Shown here: in pieces, positions 56,700-64,000 of the stretch
Layout: every line of letters starts with the position of its first letter
Position numbering within the stretch: the first letter of the stretch is position 1
NCBI GenBank assembly: GCA_963643345.1
Contig: CAVIJK010000004.1
Coordinates: 310 to 64,309, forward strand
DNA: 64,000 nt
Direction of reading: 5' to 3'
From: a bacterium
Lineage (GTDB): Bacteria; Bacillota_I; Bacilli_A; RFN20; CAG-826
The notes under the pieces: generated by a model
Told to the model about the DNA's origin: nothing
Databases searched by the model: none
The model's input: only the letters and a program-made list of their open reading frames with translations
Program-made: the position numbers and the translations under genes

Positions 56700-56740
56700 A
56701 AAACAAAACCCTCAGAACATAATGCTGAGGGTTTTTGTTT
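56700..56740. terminator. Bidirectional terminator
   Basis: AACCCTCAG (56707-56715) pairs with CTGAGGGTT (56725-56733), flanked by A-rich and T-rich tracts. Confidence 0.85.
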
Positions 56741-56746
56741 TATTCA

Positions 56747-57085
56747 CTAGTCGCCGTAATCGGAGCCTCTGCTCTTATCTTCAACAAATACGCAGAGTGG
56801 GTCGGTTATATCGGTTATCTCTCTAAAGATATAACCTTCTTTATCGAAGAACGGTGTCTCATAATTACCGGTGAAGATAACATGCTCATTTTCCATCACA
56901 ACCTTATCGATTGCTTCCATTATTCTTGGAAAATCCTCCTCTTTCTTCTCCTTCATCCCCTGGAGTCCATAATAGAATCCCGGCTCAACATAGAAATCAT
57001 TGCCGTTTGATGTCTGATAATGATTAATCATCCAACTATCTTTATCTTCAATCAGTCTATATTGTTCAAATTCTGGATATTTCAT
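56747..57085 (-). CDS. Hypothetical cytoplasmic protein
   Basis: 112 aa with no recognised motif. Compact spacing to rlmH (9 nt) suggests co-transcription. Confidence 0.6.
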   Translation of the reverse strand: MKYPEFEQYRLIEDKDSWMINHYQTSNGNDFYVEPGFYYGLQGMKEKKEEDFPRIMEAIDKVVMENEHVIFTGNYETPFFDKEGYIFREITDITDPLCVFVEDKSRGSDYGD

Positions 57086-57094
57086 ATGTTCTCC

Positions 57095-57574
57095 CTATTT
57101 ATGATATGGTTCATGATTAAGGATTTTGAATCCCCTATATATCTGCTCGAGAAGTATGACCCTGGTCATTTGGTGGGTAAAGGTCAGTTTAGATAAAGAC
57201 ATTGAAGCGTTTGCGCGCGCACGTATAGCTTCGCTTACGCCGAGTGAGCCGCCGATGATGAAGGTAACGCTGGAACCGCCCCTTCTCATCATATCCTCTA
57301 ATTGTTTGGATAATTCAATGGAATCCGGTTCCTTTTTGTTCAAATCAAGAACGCAGACATACTCGCTGGATTTGATTTTCGCGAGCAATTTTTCGCTTTC
57401 TTTGTTTTTGATTCCCTCTTCAATTGAGGGGGAAGCACCATCTGGAGTTGGCAGGTCCGGGAATTCCTCAATCGACACCGAAGCGTATGGGGTAATGCGT
57501 TTAACGTATTCCTTCTCCGCCTCTCTCCAATAGGATTCCTTGAGAGTGCCTATGCACATGATTCTAATCTTCAT
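57095..57574 (-). CDS. rlmH: 23S rRNA (pseudouridine1915-N3)-methyltransferase RlmH
   Basis: SPOUT fold, MKIRIMCIGTLK start, C-terminal HQMTRVILLEQIYRGFKI. ATG 57574 follows AGAGG; the ORF-track start 57583 is GTG. Confidence 0.92.
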   Translation of the reverse strand: MKIRIMCIGTLKESYWREAEKEYVKRITPYASVSIEEFPDLPTPDGASPSIEEGIKNKESEKLLAKIKSSEYVCVLDLNKKEPDSIELSKQLEDMMRRGGSSVTFIIGGSLGVSEAIRARANASMSLSKLTFTHQMTRVILLEQIYRGFKILNHEPYHK

Positions 57575-58313
57575 CGTGGCCACCTCTAGTTATCTTCCAC
57601 TGATATAACGGAATAATCGGTCCACCATATTTAACGCCCAATTTCTTGAAATTTCTCCAATAGGTGTTTACCGCTTTTTCCGGTGTGTTACATTCCTCCG
57701 ATAAATGGGCAAGATATATCGTCTTAGTCTTATCTCCCACTAATTGAGACATATAGACCGCGGAATCGTGGTTGCTCAAGTGTCCATAATCGCCACGTAT
57801 CCTATCTTTTAGAAATTTAGGTCTGCTGGATTGTCTTAGCATCGTTAAATCGTGGTTGCTTTCAATGATGTAATAATCGTGATTCTTCATATAAGGGAGA
57901 GATTCCTCAGGAATCACTCCGGTATCGGTCATGTAAAGAAGACTTTCATCTTTATCCATAAATAAGAATCCTATTGGGTTAGTCGCATCGTGACTTGTTC
58001 TTAAAGGAATAACATCGAAAGAGCCGATTTGAAGGCTTTCAAACGGTTCGATTACAAAGTCTATATGTTCGAGATTACCCTTTGCCGTATAGGTTGAAAC
58101 GCCACTTAAATAAGAAACCGTCCCGATATGATCCCTGTGATCATGGGTGATAAACAAAGCTTGGATATCCTTAACATCTTTGTTTAACAAAGAAAGAGTC
58201 TCCCTAACGCGTTTCAAAGAAACACCCATATCAACTTGGATAAGGGTGTCTTCGTTATATATCAATGTTGCATTTCCCTTTGAACCGGAACCGATATTAA
58301 TAAACTTAATCAT
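57564..58313 (-). CDS. yycJ: MBL-fold metallo-hydrolase, YycJ/WalJ type
   Basis: HxHxDH motif (THDHRDH) and N-terminus MIKFINIGSGSKGNATLIY. ATG 58313 overlaps the dnaB stop (GATGATTAA). Confidence 0.85.
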   Translation of the reverse strand: MIKFINIGSGSKGNATLIYNEDTLIQVDMGVSLKRVRETLSLLNKDVKDIQALFITHDHRDHIGTVSYLSGVSTYTAKGNLEHIDFVIEPFESLQIGSFDVIPLRTSHDATNPIGFLFMDKDESLLYMTDTGVIPEESLPYMKNHDYYIIESNHDLTMLRQSSRPKFLKDRIRGDYGHLSNHDSAVYMSQLVGDKTKTIYLAHLSEECNTPEKAVNTYWRNFKKLGVKYGGPIIPLYQWKITRGGHDED

Positions 58314-59760
58314 CTGTCTCGCCGTATTTCTTGGCCATCTCTTCCGATGGGTTATCAAATAGCTGATAGGCCTTAGAGAAGAGCAAATAGCTCATGCCAA
58401 TCTGACCGTTTCTGTTCTTGGCAACGTTAACGCAGACGACTGAGATATCATTTTTGTTGTTATCTTTTGCGGCGGCTGCATCAACCTGGGCTTGGAAGCT
58501 CTCTTCCATTGTTGGAGCCTTCGTCCCGCCGTTCGGGTCGGTTTGGTTATTCCCTTGGTTCTTATAGTAGTCACGTCTATGCATAAGCATGACAATATCC
58601 GCGTCCTGCTCAATGGAGCCTGATTCCTTCAAGTTGGAAAGCATTGGGATGTGGTTATCATTCTGCTCAGCGGCACGGTTCAACTGGCAAAGAGCGATTA
58701 AAGGGCAGTTAAGAGTTCTTGCCAATTGCTTAAGTGTCTTAGTGACAAGAGAGACTTCTTCTTGTCTGGAATTAAGTTTTCTATCAACGGTGATAAGGTT
58801 CAAATAGTCGATGACAATCATTCCAAGCTTGTGATCTGCATCTAGTTTCTTGGCTTTAGCAACAAGGTCACCGAGTTTTGGGGTTGGAGTATCATCGATG
58901 AAGAGATTAACCCCGTCAAGCTGCTCGCAGGCGGCACTGATCATCTGCTTATCTTTGCCGAAGAGCTGACCCGTGGAAATGTGATCAAGCTCAACATGGG
59001 CGACAGCGGATATGATACGCTGCATGATTTTATCCTCACCCATTTCGCAAGAGAAGAAGGCAACATTCTTACCGTCTTGCGCCGCTTTGTACATGAGATT
59101 TAAGGCAAATGCGGTCTTACCAACAGATGGACGAGCGGCAAGGATAATCAAATCGCCATTCTGCCAACCATGGGTGAGCTTATTGAGTCTCTTATAACCG
59201 GTGTTAACACCAGTTAAGCCGCCACTCATGCGTTTGGTTTCTTCAATGGATTTGGCGACTTCATATGAGATATCTCCGGCTCGTCTGAATGACTTATTGG
59301 TGTTTGCAGATGCAATCTGAGATAAAGTCTCAACGGTTGAGTTGGTGAACTGATGGATATCATCATAGTTGCCCGTGATGTATCTATTTTGAAAGTTTTC
59401 GGTTTCCTTGAGGAAGTCTCTTAAAAGCGCTTGGTCTTTAACGATATTGATGTAGTATTCAACGTTATCTGGGTTAATGACGGAATTTAAGAGTTCCATT
59501 ATATAGGAAACGCCTCCGGCATCCTCCAAAGTTTTACTGTTAGAAAGTTGATCGATAACAGAGGTTGAATCAATCGGCTTTTCTAAGTCATTTAATTCCC
59601 TCATGGCACGGAAAATTAAAACGTTTCTTCTATCCTCGCCACTGAAGTGTTTCTCATCAATTGAGGAGATAGACATCTTGGCTTGTTCAGAATCCAGTAA
59701 GAAAGCGCCCAAAACAACGCGTTCTGCTTCTAAATTTGCAGGAGTTTGGTATTTAGCCAT
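58306..59760 (-). CDS. dnaB: Replicative DNA helicase (DnaB family; DnaC in B. subtilis nomenclature)
   Basis: 484 aa. N-terminus PANLEAERVVLGA, Walker A ARPSVGKTAFAL, Walker B VIDYL. An inserted Gln/Asn-rich loop near the C-terminus. Confidence 0.96.
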   Translation of the reverse strand: MAKYQTPANLEAERVVLGAFLLDSEQAKMSISSIDEKHFSGEDRRNVLIFRAMRELNDLEKPIDSTSVIDQLSNSKTLEDAGGVSYIMELLNSVINPDNVEYYINIVKDQALLRDFLKETENFQNRYITGNYDDIHQFTNSTVETLSQIASANTNKSFRRAGDISYEVAKSIEETKRMSGGLTGVNTGYKRLNKLTHGWQNGDLIILAARPSVGKTAFALNLMYKAAQDGKNVAFFSCEMGEDKIMQRIISAVAHVELDHISTGQLFGKDKQMISAACEQLDGVNLFIDDTPTPKLGDLVAKAKKLDADHKLGMIVIDYLNLITVDRKLNSRQEEVSLVTKTLKQLARTLNCPLIALCQLNRAAEQNDNHIPMLSNLKESGSIEQDADIVMLMHRRDYYKNQGNNQTDPNGGTKAPTMEESFQAQVDAAAAKDNNKNDISVVCVNVAKNRNGQIGMSYLLFSKAYQLFDNPSEEMAKKYGETDD

Positions 59761-59763
59761 ATC

Positions 59764-60225
59764 TTATTTCGCCTCACTGATATGGACAGTTACCACACCT
59801 GTGACGACACCTTCGCTGCCTTTATATAACTCAATTTTGAGTTTAGTGAATCCTAAAGCGTTTGCAGGGTATTTATCGATGAATTTTCTCTTATCGATGA
59901 CGATTCCCCACTGTTCTTTCATTCCATCTTCGATTTCTTTTGGCGAGATTGTACCAAACATTCTGCCATCTTTTCCAACTTTGGCTTTGAATTCGACCTG
60001 GATGTGCTCAAGACGAGAGGACAATTCCTCCGCTTCTTTCTTGAGTGCTTTTTGCCTAGCTGCTTCTTCAGCGTTATTCTTAGCAAGCTGAGCTTGGCTG
60101 GTTTCGGTTGAATTAACCGCTAATTTTCTAGGGATCAAATAGTTTTTGGCATAGCCATCGCTAACGCTGATGGTGTCGCCTTTTTTGCCATATCCCTTAA
60201 CATCCTGAAGCAAAATTACTTTCAT
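59764..60225 (-). CDS. rplI: 50S ribosomal protein L9
   Basis: MKVILLQDVKGYGKKGD start, 153 aa, conserved gdpP-rplI-dnaB order. Confidence 0.96.
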   Translation of the reverse strand: MKVILLQDVKGYGKKGDTISVSDGYAKNYLIPRKLAVNSTETSQAQLAKNNAEEAARQKALKKEAEELSSRLEHIQVEFKAKVGKDGRMFGTISPKEIEDGMKEQWGIVIDKRKFIDKYPANALGFTKLKIELYKGSEGVVTGVVTVHISEAK

Positions 60226-60227
60226 AA

Positions 60228-62270
60228 TTATTCTCCTTCTCCGTGATATTTGTCGCCTCTAGCCTGATCTAGGTAGCTATTGAGCACACTGACGACCTGA
60301 GCGTGGGCTTTTGTAACGTCTGATAAGTCTCTAAATGTGATTGCGGCTGCACCGAAGTGTCCACCACCGTTCAATTTTTCGCAGATTAATTGAACGTTGA
60401 CGGTTCCGTCTGATCTAGCGGAGCAGTTGCAGGTATTAGATGCCGTCTTGCCTAAGACAAAACACGCATTGATTCCTTTAAGATCCATGATTCTATTAGC
60501 CACTTTTGCTAATGTTTCTTTCTCAACAAGATCGGTCGTGTTCATTGTGGTTGCGATGCCAGGGAACGGGAATCTAACCTGCGAGACCATCTCGTTGATG
60601 AGTTGATATTCTTGGAGTTCATCCTTTAAGAATTCAGAAGCAAGAGAGTTATCTGCGCCATAACCCTTAAGGATTTCACACGCTTCGAATGTCTTCATTC
60701 CGGTAGTTTTGGCCTTGAAGTACATAGAATCGAGGAAGATACCCGATAACATGATTGTCGCAAACGATGAAGGTATTTCGATCTTAGGGTTCGCCGTTGC
60801 GAATCTAATCATTTCAGCGACAAGTTCTGAAGCAGATGATGCACCTGGATCTGAAACATCGAGGACAACGTTGTTCTCAATGACATAATTGCCTTTTCTA
60901 TGGTGATCGATGAGAACTATCTTAGAGGCTTTGTCTAAGAGTTTTGGCGCCATAGTGGCTAAAGGCACTCTAACATCACACACAATCAATAACGTAGATT
61001 CTTTAATTAAGCCTAAAGCCTCATCTGGTGTGCACGATATTTCAGCGACTTGCTCTTTGGAGAATGATGAGTTGAAGGCATCTCTAGTCTTCATCTCAAC
61101 CTGCTTAGGGAGATAGACCACTTTAGCCGGTTTCTCACACCAATCACAGATGGCTTTAACACCTAAACATGAACCTAAAGCATCCATGTCCATCTTATCA
61201 TGACCCATGATGATGATGTTAGATGAGGTCTTAATATCATTAATAAGGGAATCGGCGCGTGAACGCATCTTGACTTTGGAGGTTGATTCAACGCCGGTTG
61301 TTTTTCCGCCGAAGTACTGAGGATCCTTGCCATATTCGGAGACAACGCACTGATCGCCTCCACGTGCAAGAGCGCTTTGTAAAGCGATACCTGCGGCTTC
61401 ATTAAGTTTTGCGTAATCTGCAAATTTATACGAGAAACCAATTGATAAGGTTAATGGGGTGTCTTCTTCCTTACCCGCCTCTCTAGCCTTCTGAAGAAGA
61501 GAGAACCCGTTCTTGATCATGTTGCATAATGCTTCATAGTTGCAGACGGTGAAGTAAGTGTCTGACTTAACACGTCTTAGAACCACCTTAAATTCTTTAG
61601 CGTAATCAAAGATGATGTTTCTGATGACGTTGATTGCTGCAGCAGCATCATCCGTATCCGTTGCGAATTCATCAAAGTTGTCGATGTTGATAATGCCAAG
61701 TACTACCCCTTCTTTTGTGGAATAGTTGAGCAAATCCTGATATTCAGTTACATCTTTAAGAATAAATAATCGTGGTTCTGATAAATACTTAACGTCGAAC
61801 TCTCTATTTGAGAATGAGATTCTAATAACTTTATTGACAGGTGCGTTTACTAAATCTCCAAGTGATGGCTGCCATTCAAAGACATTGGAATCAACGATAT
61901 CCAATCTCAATTCTTTGAACAATCCATTTGTCCAGATGATGAGGTTGTTCTCATCGATGACAACCATTCCGACTTTACCGAAGTCATAAGCGTCTTCGAT
62001 ATCTCCGCCAATCAATTGAGCGGCATCGAGATCATTCTTTTGTCTAGCCTTTTTCAATGTGGCAATCGAGAAATAGAAGAACAGCACATCGAATACGAGG
62101 AATATTGTGATGAGCAATATGAAGGCGTATAGAACCTTTAATTCATCTAATCCGGAATTGGCGATGACACCGGTGAAGAAATAAAGAACCGAAGCGGTGA
62201 TTATTAAGACTGCTTCAATGAGGAATATTACAAATGTTGCTGTGCGTAATTTAGATAAGGTTTTATTCAT
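60228..62270 (-). CDS. gdpP: Membrane-anchored DHH/DHHA1 phosphodiesterase, GdpP (c-di-AMP phosphodiesterase) type
   Basis: Two N-terminal TM helices, a PAS-like and degenerate GGDEF region, DHH motifs (GHDKMDMDALGS, IDHHRKG) and DHHA1 GGGH. ATG 62270 was chosen because the ORF-track TTG 62351 lies inside the upstream terminator. No SD is visible. Confidence 0.88.
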   Translation of the reverse strand: MNKTLSKLRTATFVIFLIEAVLIITASVLYFFTGVIANSGLDELKVLYAFILLITIFLVFDVLFFYFSIATLKKARQKNDLDAAQLIGGDIEDAYDFGKVGMVVIDENNLIIWTNGLFKELRLDIVDSNVFEWQPSLGDLVNAPVNKVIRISFSNREFDVKYLSEPRLFILKDVTEYQDLLNYSTKEGVVLGIINIDNFDEFATDTDDAAAAINVIRNIIFDYAKEFKVVLRRVKSDTYFTVCNYEALCNMIKNGFSLLQKAREAGKEEDTPLTLSIGFSYKFADYAKLNEAAGIALQSALARGGDQCVVSEYGKDPQYFGGKTTGVESTSKVKMRSRADSLINDIKTSSNIIIMGHDKMDMDALGSCLGVKAICDWCEKPAKVVYLPKQVEMKTRDAFNSSFSKEQVAEISCTPDEALGLIKESTLLIVCDVRVPLATMAPKLLDKASKIVLIDHHRKGNYVIENNVVLDVSDPGASSASELVAEMIRFATANPKIEIPSSFATIMLSGIFLDSMYFKAKTTGMKTFEACEILKGYGADNSLASEFLKDELQEYQLINEMVSQVRFPFPGIATTMNTTDLVEKETLAKVANRIMDLKGINACFVLGKTASNTCNCSARSDGTVNVQLICEKLNGGGHFGAAAITFRDLSDVTKAHAQVVSVLNSYLDQARGDKYHGEGE

Positions 62271-62325
62271 AGTAATGTTAATTATAGACTTGAGAACAAA
62301 GACTAATAAAGAAGTCTTTGAAAAA

Positions 62326-62356
62326 TAATAAAAAAGAAACCCTGTTGCCAAGGCTT
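62326..62356 (-). terminator. Terminator after the surface-protein gene
   Basis: On the minus strand, AAGCCUUG-GCAA-CAGGGUUU followed by CTTTTTTATT. Confidence 0.7.
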
Positions 62357-62374
62357 CTAAACGTTAATGAGTTA

Positions 62375-64000
62375 TTAGGTAGACGTTGAAGATGATGTCC
62401 AAATTGCAGATGTGCTATCCTCAACATTTTCCGGAGATGCGGTCTTCAATAAAGTAATGGTGAAATTTGACCCATCACCAGCGTGGTAATAAAGGAGAGA
62501 TTCACTATAACGTTTGAAGTAAATCTTTGAATCGCCAGTTGCAGCTGCAGTTGCAATTGTGAACAATATGTCAACATACGAGTCGCCTTTAGTGGTCTCA
62601 TCCTTGATTTCATGAACATAGCGAACGTTATTGATGGTGTAAGAGCCTCCCGATGAGCCACCTCCAGAATCACCCGCATTGGAACCGATATCGAGATACA
62701 AAATGAATGAAGACATGTTTTTTGTGTCATCAGCTCCAAACCAATAGTCACCAGAATTTAGAGGTATTTCGATATAGTAAGCACATTTTTGTTTAAAACA
62801 TCCAGAATACATTTTTTCCAGATTACAAACTTCAGTGGCATCCGATGGAATAGAATCTGTGGTGTTGTCAGAATATTTATAATAATAAATCCCGGATGAT
62901 TCATAAACGTGAGTGATTTTTTTATAGGATTCAACAGTCTTATTATCCGATGAACGGTTGACTTTATAAATTGCAGGCAACACTGAATCTTGAGTTGTCC
63001 CGCTTTTGGACGCGGCATATGCTCCTAAAACTATTTTAACGGAACCATTTTGCGATAATTCAAAATCGATGCCGCCATCAATCATTTCAAAACTATCATA
63101 TGCTGTTGAACCATTAATTTTAACGTTTGAGTATGTACTTTTGCTCATAGCATTCGATGTAGGTCCAAAGAATTGGAGAGCATTAAGGTTAATAGTATTT
63201 GCCTTAACAATCGTGTCCGTTTGTTGGTCTGATAACATTTTTGCGAATTTATTTTTAACGTCATAATAACCGGTTTTTACATCACCGAATCCACAATTTG
63301 TGACATCTTTTGTATTTGACGTTACGTTTGTTGACCAAGTTGAACTAGAATTATCAGTATCAGTAATTCTAAAAGAATTACCTGAAGTATCGACATAAAA
63401 AATGAAATATATTTGGGCTGGAACATGTCATAAATAGAATATGTTTCAGTCCCTATAACTAAATCAGATTTTGTCGTGGAATAAGTCGTTCTTGATGTAT
63501 CATCCGATTGATATATAGAGTACTCGATGCCATTGGTATCATTTGTGGAGTCAAAATATTTACTATGAAGACGTGGTGTTGCATTACCTTTTTCAAGCTT
63601 TCCAGTTATATAACCTGTGTTTGTATCTAAGATAGGTTCGGTTGTATTTGATCCTCCGGTATAATAACTACCCATATCGCCCGAATATGTTCCAGATATC
63701 GTTGCTTTCGTTAAATCGATGTTTAAAGGTAAATACGTACTAGTTTGCAGGGCAACATATTGACCATATTTATATGTTGTATCCCAATCAAAACCCCTAT
63801 TGTAGTAATATAATGACGCATTAAAAGCTTTGTATTCCGAATACGACGATGGCGTATTATGGCCAGCAACCTTGCTTTTGGCAATGAAATTAATACGTTT
63901 TGAGAGAGAAGAAAGATCGATACTTCCACCCCAATCATTTCCTTGGCCACCACCACTGCCAGAATCGTACGCATCCTTCCATCCGGTATCTTCGGTATCA
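62375..64000 (-). CDS. Large Ser/Thr/Asn/Tyr/Gly-rich secreted or surface protein, 5'-truncated by the window edge and interrupted by one frameshift
   Basis: The frame containing ORF 63322-63675 is open all the way to nt 64000 (…DTEDTGWKDAYDSGSGGGQGNDWGG…YLPLNIDLTKATISGTYSGDMGSYY…). The frame of ORF 62375-63238 is open up to 63427. The two overlap across an A6 run (63397-63402). Composition is identical on both sides. The ORF-track entry 63723-63974 is in the wrong frame. Confidence 0.7.

Noticed and set aside
63723-63974. ORF-track entry 63723-63974 (-, 83 aa).
   Set aside because: It is in the wrong frame. Hand translation shows that the frame of ORF 63322-63675 stays open through 64000 with protein-like, compositionally consistent sequence.

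Overview
This 64-kb window looks chromosomal and comes from a low-GC, T-box-using, fermentative anaerobe. I infer a Bacillota, Erysipelotrichia or Mollicutes-like lineage from four T-box leaders, gdpP-rplI-dnaB synteny, PFL/PPDK/Rnf energy metabolism and a mollicute-style tmRNA tag; no database search was possible. Most of the window is tightly packed housekeeping genes:
- T-box(Leu)-livJHMGF, pflBA, fucO, T-box(Tyr)-tyrS, recN, ppdK and rlmA.
- T-box(Ser)-serC-serA plus two extra genes, ddh, and T-box(Met)-metNIQ.
- An ACT/DUF711 pair, pgcA, guaA-xpt, a lipid kinase, ssrA (tmRNA), an F6P aldolase/transaldolase and a eukaryotic-type UDP-sugar pyrophosphorylase.
- A preQ1-riboswitch-like leader with queT, ansA, rnfCDGEA-x-B, apbE with a NusG-II protein and a Gx transporter, rlmH, yycJ, dnaB, rplI and gdpP.
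- The 3' part of a large Ser/Thr/Asn/Tyr-rich secreted protein that runs off the right edge.

Unusual content:
1. A sigma-factor-less partner-switching pair at 51.8-54.9 kb. A membrane SpoIIE/PP2C phosphatase is fused to an RsbW-type kinase, followed by a STAS domain fused to an APH/choline-kinase-like kinase.
2. A convergent small-hydrophobic-peptide locus right after it that resembles a type I toxin-antitoxin, with 5'UTR/3'UTR complementarity.
3. An rnf operon whose RnfB lacks the ferredoxin domains and is preceded by an extra Cys-rich mini membrane protein.
4. An AT-rich islet 3' of ssrA carrying a BRO-N/Fic fusion, an AbrB-like gene and a decayed ABC ATPase.
5. Four abutting 23-bp repeats 5' of ssrA.
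6. A metN with no canonical start codon.
7. A homopolymer frameshift in the surface protein.

Coordinates of RNA elements and hairpins were called by hand and may be off by 1-2 nt. All family assignments rest on motif recognition by eye, not on searches.
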